Of a stretch of DNA of 48,680 nucleotides, positions 9,334 to 18,897 are shown one piece after another. Source of the DNA: a virus (taxonomy: Duplodnaviria; Heunggongvirae; Uroviricota; Caudoviricetes). Below the pieces are notes generated by a model. It saw nothing but the letters and a program-made list of their open reading frames with translations. It ran no database searches and was not told where the DNA came from. The first letter of the stretch is position 1, and the number at the start of each line of letters is the position of its first letter. The position numbers and the translations under genes are program-made. The DNA lies in the IMG/VR virus record IMGVR_UViG_647533159_000004; one strand, given 5' to 3'.

Positions 9334-10373
9334 ATGGTTAAGGCTAAAAACATGCCAAATCCCATGCCAAAAACTAAGGCAAACAATGAGCCTTATCGCA
9401 AGGTAAAAATAACGATATGGGATGATCCCAAATTTAGGGCGTTATCTCCTCTGCCTCCAAGTGGACAGAGTTTGTTTATTTATCTGCTGACCAGTCCATT
9501 TACCGGGATTATTCCTGGGTTGTTTAAAGCCGGGCGGGCAGCAATGGCTGAAGAGTTGGGGTGGGATATCGAAGCCTTTGACTTAGCCTTAGGCGAAGCC
9601 ATGAATCTTGGCATGGTGAAAGCAGATATCAAAGCCAGAGTTTTTTGGCTCCCGAATGCTGCGAAACACAATCCGCCAAACTCGATAAATGTCATTAAAT
9701 CCTGGGCAAAGGCATTCGCTTTAATTCCTGATTGCCCTCTCAAATGGGAGGCCAGGGAATCGCTGAGAGCCGCGTCCTACGGGGTTTCTGAGGCTTTGGG
9801 GATGGCATTCGATAAGGCAATCCCTTTGCCTGAGGATAAGCCTAAGGATAAGGCTAACGCTTTGTCATGCGGTATCCAGATAACAGATAACAGATATATA
9901 AACCCCACACATAACGCGCGCGAGAGTGCTCCGACCAGTGAGGCAAATGGCGTGCCGTTGCAGACAGCGGAACCTGATTACCTGGAAGGCCTGAGCGAAC
10001 CCATCGGGAAATTTCCTATGACCGATGGCTGGCATCCGTCGCCGGATTTTCGACGACGGGCTGCGCTGTGGGGCGTGGCTCTTCCTGAGCCGGAATTTAC
10101 ACCAACTGAACTTGCCGCCTTCCGGGACTACTGGGCAGCGGAGGGCAAAGTGTTCACGCAGGTTCAGTGGGAGCAGAAATTCGCCCGTCACGTAAATCAC
10201 GTCAGGGCGCAGGTTAAACCAGTCAGCAAGGGGGTAAACCATGCAGCAACGCCAGGTGGCACCGCATCACGGGCAGTTCAGGAAATTCGGGCAGCACGTG
10301 AGCAGTGGGAACGTGAAAACGGATTTATCAGCGACGGAAACGGCGTGGAAGCTGTGGGAACTCATGGGGGAGG
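9334..10373 (+). CDS. Replication protein (YdaU/DnaT-like), 3' end lost in N gap
   Basis: ATG at 9334 with GAGG upstream; long ORF running into the gap; position after the CII-like gene. Confidence 0.6.
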
Positions 10374-11240
10374 NNNNNNNNNNNNNNNNNNNNNNNNNNN
10401 NNNNNNNNNNNNNNNNNNNNNNNNNNNNNNNNNNNNNNNNNNNNNNNNNNNNNNNNNNNNNNNNNNNNNNNNNNNNNNNNNNNNNNNNNNNNNNNNNNNN
10501 NNNNNNNNNNNNNNNNNNNNNNNNNNNNNNNNNNNNNNNNNNNNNNNNNNNNNNNNNNNNNNNNNNNNNNNNNNNNNNNNNNNNNNNNNNNNNNNNNNNN
10601 NNNNNNNNNNNNNNNNNNNNNNNNNNNNNNNNNNNNNNNNNNNNNNNNNNNNNNNNNNNNNNNNNNNNNNNNNNNNNNNNNNNNNNNNNNNNNNNNNNNN
10701 NNNNNNNNNNNNNNNNNNNNNNNNNNNNNNNNNNNNNNNNNNNNNNNNNNNNNNNNNNNNNNNNNNNNNNNNNNNNNNNNNNNNNNNNNNNNNNNNNNNN
10801 NNNNNNNNNNNNNNNNNNNNNNNNNNNNNNNNNNNNNNNNNNNNNNNNNNNNNNNNNNNNNNNNNNNNNNNNNNNNNNNNNNNNNNNNNNNNNNNNNNNN
10901 NNNNNNNNNNNNNNNNNNNNNNNNNNNNNNNNNNNNNNNNNNNNNNNNNNNNNNNNNNNNNNNNNNNNNNNNNNNNNNNNNNNNNNNNNNNNNNNNNNNN
11001 NNNNNNNNNNNNNNNNNNNNNNNNNNNNNNNNNNNNNNNNNNNNNNNNNNNNNNNNNNNNNNNNNNNNNNNNNNNNNNNNNNNNNNNNNNNNNNNNNNNN
11101 NNNNNNNNNNNNNNNNNNNNNNNNNNNNNNNNNNNNNNNNNNNNNNNNNNNNNNNNNNNNNNNNNNNNNNNNNNNNNNNNNNNNNNNNNNNNNNNNNNNN
11201 NNNNNNNNNNNNNNNNNNNNNNNNNNNNNNNNNNNNNNNN
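10374..11240. other. Assembly gap (867 N)
   Basis: Run of n characters. Confidence 1.
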
Positions 11241-11407
11241 CGGATGACCTGATTTTACCATCGCTGCATATGGCAAACCGCGAACTGCGTCGGGCGAAAA
11301 GTCATGTCCAGAAGTGGGAGCGAGTCTGCGCCGCGCTGCGGGAGCTGAATAAATATCGCGATATTGTCGCCCAGCTTTGCCAGGAGGAAACCAGTGAGCA
11401 ACATTAA
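11241..11407 (+). CDS. 3' fragment of a gene truncated by the gap (possibly a second replication or helicase-loader gene)
   Basis: Open frame from gap edge to TAA at 11405-11407. Confidence 0.3.
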
Positions 11408-11951
11408 TTACCAGGCACTGCGAATGGCGGCAGAAAATGCAACCCCTGGCGAATGGTGTTCTGATGATTACTATGGGGTAATTGCTGATGCCGGACTGAA
11501 CGCAAATTACTACATAGCATCATGCTCAGGACCAGATAATCGCGCCAATAAGCGATTCATAGCAGCAGCCAATCCGGCTACCGTGCTGGCACTGCTGGAT
11601 GAACGGGAAGTCCAAAGCAAACGCATTGCAGAACTGGAGACTAATCTTGCTGCACTTGCGGCGGAGAATGCGGGGCTGAATAAATTTATCGTACAGAGTT
11701 GCTATGTGTTTGATGGCGAGCAGGATGAACTATCTGATGCGTATATCTGCGCAATAGACGGAAGGATGCCGCAAATCCCAGCCACCGACGCTTTCTTGTC
11801 GGATGTGCGGGCTGGGGCGTTTAACGACCTTTGCGCGGCGTTTGTCAGGCACGCAAAAGTTGCAGGACTGGATGATGCCGATACCGTAACGCTTAAGGAA
11901 GTGACAGAAGCATTGTTGCATTGTGCGGAACAGATTCGCGCGCCTGAATAA
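11394..11951 (+). CDS. Ead/Ea22-like protein, about 186 aa
   Basis: GTG at 11394 with AGGAGG 7 nt upstream; translation VSNINYQALRMAAENATPGEW... resembles recalled Ead/Ea22 N-termini. Confidence 0.55.
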   Translation: MSNINYQALRMAAENATPGEWCSDDYYGVIADAGLNANYYIASCSGPDNRANKRFIAAANPATVLALLDEREVQSKRIAELETNLAALAAENAGLNKFIVQSCYVFDGEQDELSDAYICAIDGRMPQIPATDAFLSDVRAGAFNDLCAAFVRHAKVAGLDDADTVTLKEVTEALLHCAEQIRAPE

Positions 11952-12123
11952 TTAAATTTAGTGTTGTAAATAAAATTTAATCCTTAACCGGAGGGATTTC
12001 TGCACCCTCAAATAATCAGGAGGCCGCCCAAAAGGGCGGTGAGAAAATATAAATAAAATACGATGATTATTACGCCTAAAGAAATCAGGAAGTGAAATGG
12101 GGTGTTAGATGTTGCAAAATGTT

Positions 12124-12585
12124 TTATTTGTTTTGTAATGCTTTTTTTACAACCATAAGCATAGAACTAATGACTTCCAGTGTAATATTTAATGACAATG
12201 CAATGGATAATATTTCAAATGTGGTAAATAATCGCGCTCTTGACATAAAAAAATCCCATTTTGGATATTCTAGCAAAGGTATATCTATCTCCCTTAAATA
12301 AGGAATAAAAACGGATGCACCAAGACAAAAAATCAGGATTTTTAAATCTAATTCCAGCTTGACAAAATAATCATCAAATACATGTTTATTATTTTGAGGG
12401 CAGATGTTGATTAGCATGCTAAAAATCACTGATATACCAGCGATGATGCCACCTAAGGTGGCACCAATAATACCAGCTGAAGACTGTTCGATTATAGAGT
12501 AAGTGTTTTTATCCTCTGAGGAAAAAATAAAGCAAATTACACCAATAACAATTAGTCTCACCATCAAGGTTGCTAGTTTTTGCAT
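12124..12585 (-). CDS. Small membrane protein, 153 aa, about four predicted TM helices; downstream gene of the cassette
   Basis: ATG at 12585; hydrophobic segments; 13-nt overlap with upstream gene; AT-rich. Confidence 0.65.
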   Translation of the reverse strand: MQKLATLMVRLIVIGVICFIFSSEDKNTYSIIEQSSAGIIGATLGGIIAGISVIFSMLINICPQNNKHVFDDYFVKLELDLKILIFCLGASVFIPYLREIDIPLLEYPKWDFFMSRARLFTTFEILSIALSLNITLEVISSMLMVVKKALQNK

Positions 12586-13457
12586 TTTTCAAACCGATAA
12601 TCTTTTCTTACTAGGGAAATAATGTCCTTTACGTCATTTGCAGAATAACCACTTAATGTGCATTCTGAAAGAGAACCATCTACAAAAATTAATTTTGCTG
12701 TAGGCTCACTATTTAAAGTAATACTTTTGGCTGTAGGACTCTTTTTCCCTTTTATCTGCCAACTTCCTCCGCCATCATTAGTCCAATCAACTAAAACATT
12801 TGCCCATGTGGAATCACGAAGATTAAGATTTCCATCTTTATTTTCAAATGTTGTGGTTAGAGCAGTAGCATTGGTATCATCTTCTATTTTGTTTAAGGCG
12901 TCTGTTAGTGCTTTTTTACTATCCCCAAAAATATTTGGCATAACAAGAGCAAATGTCACTTGCTCAATATGCCTTAACTTGTCATATTCAACCCAAAAGT
13001 TGTCCTTCTCCAGACAAGGTTCAATAAATATGCGTAATCCTTTTTCGACGAGGTAATCATTGTTAGATAATTCCTCAAACATCATTGCCGCATTGTGAGC
13101 ACTTTTAAAAACAGTGGTTTTTCGTTCAATTAAAATAACTTGTTCTTGACGATCCCATAACCATACTACAGGAGGGAAACTTGGAACATTGTATTCTTGA
13201 AAGTCCTCATTGTAACCATGCAGTTTCTTTTGTTTCGAAATCAAACCTGCCATGACCCCATCAGTCGGGGCGACAGAAAGTTTTAATCTATACTGCCAGT
13301 TTTTATGGACAGATGGTGTTTGTGACACTCGTTTTATATTTTTTGATGCGTGAACGATCGCTTGCTCAAAGTGTTCAATACATCGCTCTTCGCCACTATG
13401 CTGAAACAAATCTGGATCTCTGGGCTTTAATAGTACGCGTAAAGCAAAAAAATACAT
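12573..13457 (-). CDS. Hypothetical soluble protein, about 294 aa; upstream gene of the cassette
   Basis: ATG at 13455-13457 with GGAGA SD; the ORF-track start at 13493 is a GTG; no motif recognised. Confidence 0.65.
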   Translation of the reverse strand: MYFFALRVLLKPRDPDLFQHSGEERCIEHFEQAIVHASKNIKRVSQTPSVHKNWQYRLKLSVAPTDGVMAGLISKQKKLHGYNEDFQEYNVPSFPPVVWLWDRQEQVILIERKTTVFKSAHNAAMMFEELSNNDYLVEKGLRIFIEPCLEKDNFWVEYDKLRHIEQVTFALVMPNIFGDSKKALTDALNKIEDDTNATALTTTFENKDGNLNLRDSTWANVLVDWTNDGGGSWQIKGKKSPTAKSITLNSEPTAKLIFVDGSLSECTLSGYSANDVKDIISLVRKDYRFEKCKN

Positions 13458-13684
13458 TGAGAATCTCCATATAAAGTTTACCGCTATTATCACTATTCCG
13501 AGGAAACATTCAATGGGGGGGGCTTCAAACTAAAATTGTTGGCAGCAACATGTCCGATAGGTAGAATTGCTGCGGGTGCTTGAGGCTATCTGCCTCGAGC
13601 ATGTCACCAAAGGCAGATAGAGAAAAGTCCCAGTTAACATTCGGCGTCCGGCAAGACGCTTAACATTAATCTGAGGCCATATCT

Positions 13685-13897
13685 ATGACTTGCACACGTA
13701 GGTTAGCCTCTTACGTGCCGAAAGGCAAGGAGAAGCAGGCTATGAAGCAGCAAAAGGCGATGTTAATCGCCCTGATCGTCATCTGTTTAACCGTCATAGT
13801 GACGGCACTGGTAACGAGGAAAGACCTCTGCGAGGTACGAATCCGAACCGGCCAGACGGAGGTCGCTGTCTTCACAGCTTACGAACCTGAGGAGTAA
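13685..13897 (+). CDS. mok-like in-frame upstream reading frame of the hok-type toxin, 70 aa
   Basis: ATG at 13685 continuing in frame into the toxin ORF; same size class as chromosomal mokC. Confidence 0.45.
   Translation: MTCTRRLASYVPKGKEKQAMKQQKAMLIALIVICLTVIVTALVTRKDLCEVRIRTGQTEVAVFTAYEPEE
13742..13897 (+). CDS. hok: Hok/Gef-family type I toxin, 51 aa
   Basis: MKQQKAMLIALIVICLTVIVTALVTRKDLCEVRIRTGQTEVAVFTAYEPEE closely matches recalled HokC/Gef; AAGGAG SD. Confidence 0.85.
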   Translation: MKQQKAMLIALIVICLTVIVTALVTRKDLCEVRIRTGQTEVAVFTAYEPEE

Positions 13898-13961
13898 GAG
13901 ACCAGGCGGGGTAAACCCCCGCCACCTCTGATGTGTCAGGCATCCTCAACGCACCCGCACT

Positions 13962-13986
13962 TAACCCGCTTCGGCGGGTTTTTTAC
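13962..13986 (+). terminator. Rho-independent terminator after hok
   Basis: AACCCGC-TTCG-GCGGGTT stem-loop followed by a T run. Confidence 0.55.
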
Positions 13987-14146
13987 TTTAACAGCTCAAG
14001 TTTTAGCCGATTCACCAATTAAACCGACCTTCGTTTGTTGATAAGCGGGTATGCCTGACTAGAATCGATGCACTTAAGTAGCGCGCAGGGAGAAGAGGGA
14101 TGGACCCCGAACAGGGGAGTGCTATTTATCTGGAAGGATTCTGTTG

Positions 14147-14407
14147 ATGAAAATCGAAGAATTGCGTGAAATTTTTAGTGAAAATGGCCTCTATACTGTG
14201 CGCGTTGAGAATGGCGCTATTGTCAGTCACTGCCGTATTAAATGTTTACAGTCTCAACAAAGGAAGAGTGGAGCTGCGTTATTTTATTTTTGTAATGGAC
14301 TTCTGACGGACGGTTTTATTTTGCGTGAGGACGAATTTGTCACATCATTAGGGGTTTTGAAAGAGATTGGTTTTAAGGCTGGTTTTTCTGCTTTTGCTGA
14401 AGAATAA
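14147..14407 (+). CDS. Hypothetical nin-region protein, 86 aa
   Basis: ATG at 14147 with GGAAGGA upstream. Confidence 0.5.
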   Translation: MKIEELREIFSENGLYTVRVENGAIVSHCRIKCLQSQQRKSGAALFYFCNGLLTDGFILREDEFVTSLGVLKEIGFKAGFSAFAEE

Positions 14408-14473
14408 ACTCATCTACAATCTTGAGCAGGATTGAACTCCTGCTGAGTAACACCGTGCCACCGGAGAAAGCCG

Positions 14474-15073
14474 ATGGCACATATACAACTGGTCAAACAA
14501 ACCTCTTCCGGATTACTTCTCCCGGCGACGCCGGAGAGTTGCGATTTTTTGCATCAAATCAAAATAGGTGAGTGGATACACGCAGACTTTAAGCGTGTGC
14601 GTAACTACGCATTCCACAAGCGTTTTTTCAAACTCCTGCAACTGGGTTTCGATTACTGGACTCCGGTCGGTGGGGCGATCACGCCTCGCGAACGAGAAAT
14701 GGTGTTCGGCTTCGTTGATTACCTGTGTGAATCAGTAGGCAGGGAACATACGCCAGCTCTGAGTGATGCCGCGGAACAATATCTGAATACCGTTGCGACA
14801 CGCAGAACCCGGGATATGGCATTGCTCAAATCATTTGACGCTTTCCGCGAGTGGGTAACCATTCAGGCCGGATTTTACACCGAGCATTTTTATCCGGACG
14901 GTAGCCGTGGGCGTCGGGCGAAATCTATCGCGTTTGCGAATATGGACGAAACCGAGTTTCAGCAGGTTTATAAATCTGTACTGAATGTGCTGTGGAACTG
15001 GATTCTGTTCCGTAAATTTTCCTCTCCGGAACAAGTCGAAAATGTGACCGCGCAGCTGCTGGAGTTTGCGTAA
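14474..15073 (+). CDS. Hypothetical nin-region protein, 199 aa (DUF1367-like from memory)
   Basis: ATG at 14474 with GGAG SD; precedes YbcO-like gene. Confidence 0.55.
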   Translation: MAHIQLVKQTSSGLLLPATPESCDFLHQIKIGEWIHADFKRVRNYAFHKRFFKLLQLGFDYWTPVGGAITPREREMVFGFVDYLCESVGREHTPALSDAAEQYLNTVATRRTRDMALLKSFDAFREWVTIQAGFYTEHFYPDGSRGRRAKSIAFANMDETEFQQVYKSVLNVLWNWILFRKFSSPEQVENVTAQLLEFA

Positions 15074-15363
15074 TGGTGGACTTACGTAAAGCGGCGCGGG
15101 GGCAGATGTGCACCGTCAGAATCCCTGGCTACTGCAATCACAATCCCGAAACTTCTGTGCTGGCGCATTACAGGTTGGCAGGGACGTGCGGAACAGCGAC
15201 AAAACCACACGATATGCAGGCAGCGATTGCCTGTAACTCATGCCACGATTTAATCGACGGGCGGGTAAAAACCAGCGATTACACCAAAGAAGAATTACGC
15301 CTGATGCATGCAGAAGGTGTTTTTCGCACGCAAGAAATCTGGAGAAAGGAAGGTTATTTATGA
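15073..15363 (+). CDS. YbcO-like (DUF1364) putative nuclease, 96 aa
   Basis: Translation resembles recalled DLP12 YbcO (LRKAARG..C.VRIPG.CN.NPETSVLAH.R); TAATG coupling. Confidence 0.7.
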   Translation: MVDLRKAARGQMCTVRIPGYCNHNPETSVLAHYRLAGTCGTATKPHDMQAAIACNSCHDLIDGRVKTSDYTKEELRLMHAEGVFRTQEIWRKEGYL

Positions 15364-15902
15364 TTTACCCAACAAATACAGGCAAAAGCGGGGAACACCT
15401 TCGTCTCACCACGCTGGAAAGTGTCTGGATTCAGGGAAAACTGCGCATGTGGGGGCGCTGGTCGTATATTGGCGGCGGTAAGACGGGGAATATGTTTAAC
15501 CAGTTGCTGGCGTCAAAAAAATTGACGAAAACAGCCATCAATGAAGCCCTGCGCAGAATGAAAAAAGCGGGAATAGAGAAAGCTGAGCTGGAAGCGTTTT
15601 TGCGAGAGATGATCAACGGTAAGCAAAAGAGCTGGCTGGCGCATTGTACTGATGCAGAGGCGTTATGTATTGATCGGGTCATAAGTGAGGTGCTGGCAGA
15701 GCATCCAGGATTGATTAGCGTCCTTCGGCAACGGTATGAGGGGCGGGGGATGACCAAACGCAAAATGGCTGAATTGCTAAATGATGCACACCCAGAGTGG
15801 TGTTTTAGCACATGCGAAAAGCGAATTGCTAATTGGTTGGCCGTTGCTGAGTATGCGCTATACATTCCCATGCGAGAATCATTCGCTCAAAAAACGGCTT
15901 GA
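15360..15902 (+). CDS. Putative late-gene antiterminator (Q-like), 180 aa
   Basis: ATGA overlap with upstream gene; last early gene before terminator, AT-rich promoter region, tRNAs and lysis genes. Confidence 0.5.
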   Translation: MIYPTNTGKSGEHLRLTTLESVWIQGKLRMWGRWSYIGGGKTGNMFNQLLASKKLTKTAINEALRRMKKAGIEKAELEAFLREMINGKQKSWLAHCTDAEALCIDRVISEVLAEHPGLISVLRQRYEGRGMTKRKMAELLNDAHPEWCFSTCEKRIANWLAVAEYALYIPMRESFAQKTA

Positions 15903-15987
15903 TTTTTTACGCATAAACTGCTTCAATTTTGCTACGCTTCGCAAAGCTGTATCGCGAGGCGAATCAAGCGCAATTAAACTTTAATAG

Positions 15988-16017
15988 AACCCGCCATCGA
16001 GCGGGTTTTGTTGTTTC
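15988..16017 (+). terminator. Rho-independent terminator downstream of the Q-like gene
   Basis: CCCGC-CATCGA-GCGGG followed by TTTTGTTGTTT. Confidence 0.5.
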
Positions 16018-16029
16018 TGTGGTGTGATA

Positions 16030-16200
16030 TCAGAAACGACATTTAATCATCGCCTTCAAAATAAATTTATTTATATGTTGTTGTATATATTTTAAGTGAA
16101 AGTGAATTATTCACATAAAATAAAAACATATAAATAAATTTACATAACTTGACGCAAAGTGTTGTTGCGATTGGAATATTAAATCGTATCATCGAAAACG
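16030..16200 (+). promoter_or_regulatory. AT-rich region likely containing the late promoter (pR'-like)
   Basis: Strongly AT-rich; TTGACG with candidate -10 elements downstream; immediately upstream of tRNAs. Exact boxes uncertain. Confidence 0.3.
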
Positions 16201-16255
16201 GTTCTGAGGGGGAACTCTTCTTTGCTCGGTGATATTGCTCCCCTGAAGAACCAAT

Positions 16256-16331
<76 letters not shown>

Positions 16332-16334
16332 TAT

Positions 16335-16409
<75 letters not shown>

Positions 16410-16773
16410 GCATTTGAAACAAGCCTTATTGTATTGCGGCACTGGCGTATTTTTTTATTACGTGGGAGCAGGTTGTTTTGAAAAAGCATTCTGTTCTCTG
16501 GCTATGATTTGAGGCCGGGTGTAGCCTCAGTGCTGATTTTTTTACGGCAGCAGAATGGTGCATTATCGGTGGAGATTTTGTATTTCCTGGCAGGGTCGGT
16601 GATGCATCATTCTGGTGTTGTAAATCGCACCATAGAGGCGCTCCTCAGTGCGAGGGTGGTTTAAAGAGTCGGTTTAGCGGGAAACCACAGTATCCATACA
16701 GCACGGAATACTTCGGGAGGCACCCGACGCCTCGGTTTAATAACAATTAAAAAATTCATCCCTTGCATTGACC

Positions 16774-16800
16774 AACCGCCATATCTGGCGGTTTTTTTTA
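16774..16800 (+). terminator. Rho-independent terminator
   Basis: ACCGCC-ATATCT-GGCGGT followed by eight T. Confidence 0.65.
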
Positions 16801-17126
16801 TTCCTTTCTCAGGACAAAAAAAGACACGAGCATCCAGGAATACTCGTGGGACAACGTCCTTTGGATAGTAATTTGCGAGAGGGTGAAAAGTAGCGCGGTC
16901 GTCGGATTAAGACCGCGGGACAAAGTCCATGAAGAATAATAAGTATTGGCCCCCTTCCGGGGACATGTTCATACTACTAAGCTTCAGAAGTGGTTTAAAT
17001 CCTCAAATTAACCTTAATTTCCGATAAGTCTTATTTCATTTCTTTGCGCCACATCTGGTGCGCATCAAATAACGCCACGCAAAGGGCATCTGCGGATGCC
17101 GGTGCTTTTGACGGGGTGTTTTTTAC

Positions 17127-17150
17127 GGGCCGCTGGTGGCCCTTTTTTAT
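17127..17150 (+). terminator. Rho-independent terminator immediately upstream of the lysis genes
   Basis: GGGCC-GCTGGT-GGCCC followed by TTTTTTATTT; a second hairpin GGCATC-TGCG-GATGCC at 17085-17100. Confidence 0.55.
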
Positions 17151-17167
17151 TTACAGGAGAAAAAAGT

Positions 17168-17560
17168 ATGTCTGAACCCTTATCCGGTTCCGGCACGGCT
17201 GTGGCGCTCGGCGGGGCGACGGTATTCGGGCTGTTTACCGGAACGGATTTCGGGATTGTGTTTGGTGCGTTCGCCGGGGCGTTATTTGTGGCAACGATGC
17301 CGCAGGCGCTTTCAGCCTGGCGTGTGGCGGCGCATTTTCTGGTGTCGTTCATTATCGGCGTGCTGGGCGCAGAGGTTCTGGCATCCTGGCTGGTAAAGCA
17401 TACAGAGTTTGACGGTGCACCTGTCGACGCATTGTGTGCAGTACTGGTGTCAGTGGTGTCGGTGAAGATTCTCTCGTTCATCCACCAGCAGGATATTGCA
17501 TCACTGGTGTCCGGCCTGTTCTCCCGCCTGCGGGGTGGAGGAGGCGGCAATGTTAAGTAA
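17168..17560 (+). CDS. Holin-like membrane protein, 130 aa
   Basis: ATG at 17168 with GGAG SD; multiple hydrophobic helices; first gene of the lysis cluster. Confidence 0.5.
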   Translation: MSEPLSGSGTAVALGGATVFGLFTGTDFGIVFGAFAGALFVATMPQALSAWRVAAHFLVSFIIGVLGAEVLASWLVKHTEFDGAPVDALCAVLVSVVSVKILSFIHQQDIASLVSGLFSRLRGGGGGNVK

Positions 17561-17825
17561 CATTCCCGGATTGCTGAATGTAGCGTTATGCACGGTTATC
17601 GTGCTGACGCTCTTTTTTTATCGTCGCCGTGATTCCAGACATAAACCGCTGATGTCATGGCTGGCCTGGCTGCTGATGCTGCTGTATGCCTTTGCGCCCC
17701 TCAGCTATCTGTGTGGTCGCCCGTTAGCAACGGGCTGGCTGGAAGTGCTTTTTAACCTGCTGTTCTGCGTGCTGGTGATACGCGTACGCGGGAACGTCAC
17801 AAAAATCTTTCCATTGTTGAGGTGA
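17550..17825 (+). CDS. Small membrane protein, 91 aa (holin/antiholin-like)
   Basis: ATG at 17550 with GGAGGAGG SD; hydrophobic; sits between holin-like gene and endolysin. Confidence 0.5.
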   Translation: MLSNIPGLLNVALCTVIVLTLFFYRRRDSRHKPLMSWLAWLLMLLYAFAPLSYLCGRPLATGWLEVLFNLLFCVLVIRVRGNVTKIFPLLR

Positions 17826-17827
17826 AT

Positions 17828-18205
17828 ATGTCGGGTAAATTCAGATTCAGCCGTCGCAGTCAAAAAAATCTGGAGGGCGTCAAACCACAGCTGGTTGCTG
17901 TCGTTCGCCGTGCGCTGGAGCTTACGGAGGTTGATTTCGGTATTACGGAAGGCCTGCGCAGTAAGTATCGCCAGAAACAGCTGGTCGCGGAAGGGAAAAG
18001 CCAGACCATGAACAGCCGCCACCTGACCGGTGATGCGGTGGATGTTGTGGCCTACATTGGTAGCCAGGTGTCATGGGACTGGCCTCTGTACGAGAAAATC
18101 GCGCAGGCATTTAAGCAGGCTGCCGCAGAGCTGGGGACTGCCATCGAATGGGGCGGGGACTGGAAAACACTGAAAGACGGACCTCACTTTCAGTTGAAAC
18201 GCTGA
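17828..18205 (+). CDS. Endolysin, peptidase M15 (VanY-like) family, 125 aa
   Basis: SRHLTGDAVDV ... DGPHFQL zinc-peptidase signature in translation; GAGGTG SD. Confidence 0.8.
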   Translation: MSGKFRFSRRSQKNLEGVKPQLVAVVRRALELTEVDFGITEGLRSKYRQKQLVAEGKSQTMNSRHLTGDAVDVVAYIGSQVSWDWPLYEKIAQAFKQAAAELGTAIEWGGDWKTLKDGPHFQLKR

Positions 18206-18252
18206 TAACCAGGTGTGTTATGAGCAGAAAACACTGGACACACAGAATGCCG

Positions 18253-18408
18253 NNNNNNNNNNNNNNNNNNNNNNNNNNNNNNNNNNNNNNNNNNNNNNNN
18301 NNNNNNNNNNNNNNNNNNNNNNNNNNNNNNNNNNNNNNNNNNNNNNNNNNNNNNNNNNNNNNNNNNNNNNNNNNNNNNNNNNNNNNNNNNNNNNNNNNNN
18401 NNNNNNNN
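18253..18408. other. Assembly gap (156 N) flanked by 168-bp exact direct duplication (18085-18252 = 18409-18576)
   Basis: Sequence before and after the N run is identical, duplicating the endolysin 3' end and the next gene's start. Confidence 0.95.
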
Positions 18409-18543
18409 TCTGTACGAGAAAATCGCGCAGGCATTTAAGCAGGCTGCCGCAGAGCTGGGGACTGCCATCGAATGGGGCGGGGACTGGAAAACACTGAAAG
18501 ACGGACCTCACTTTCAGTTGAAACGCTGATAACCAGGTGTGTT

Positions 18544-18726
18544 ATGAGCAGAAAACACTGGACACACAGAATGCCGCGAACGGCGGCGAAATGGGCACTG
18601 GTAGCGATACTGGTGCCTTTTTTTCTGGTGGGATGCGTCAGCCTGGATAAGGCGCGCCAGCTTTTCGATGCGGCTTCTCAGGTCTGCCAGCTTATCGATG
18701 GCGTTCGGCAGTGTCTGCAGAACTGA
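18544..18726 (+). CDS. Small lipoprotein, 60 aa (Rz1/o-spanin-like lysis accessory)
   Basis: Signal peptide with lipobox LVGC; position right after endolysin; truncated duplicate of its 5' end at 18220-18252. Confidence 0.5.
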   Translation: MSRKHWTHRMPRTAAKWALVAILVPFFLVGCVSLDKARQLFDAASQVCQLIDGVRQCLQN

Positions 18727-18897
18727 TCACCTGTAAAAGCAGAATATTTTGCTGAAAAATGAAGGATGCGCCAGCGTCCTGAAAGCATGAAATTCTGTGT
18801 TTGTGGCTATTCAATAAAATAAATTCTTTCTGTCGCCGCGAATACTCAAATGTTGATCAGCGCCCGCTGCGGTGACGGGCTTCGATATCAGGAGACG

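Noticed and set aside
10374-11240. Long ORFs containing runs of X spanning the N gaps (also 18253-18408 and 44569-45484)
   Set aside because: Artefacts of translating N runs; only the flanking real sequence was interpreted.
10374-11240. N runs as possible CRISPR or repeat arrays
   Set aside because: They are unsequenced gaps; no direct-repeat/spacer periodicity seen anywhere in the window.
11952-12123. Two hairpins (GAGGG...CCCTC at ~11990-12010 and GCCGCCC-AAAA-GGGCGG at ~12022-12040) as terminators
   Set aside because: Plausible bidirectional terminators between convergent genes but neither is followed by a clear T run; left as an observation.
17065-17550. 161-aa minus-strand ORF and 86-aa plus-strand ORF overlapping the holin-like gene
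   Set aside because: Antisense or alternative-frame shadows of a GC-rich membrane-protein gene with a proper SD and operon context.
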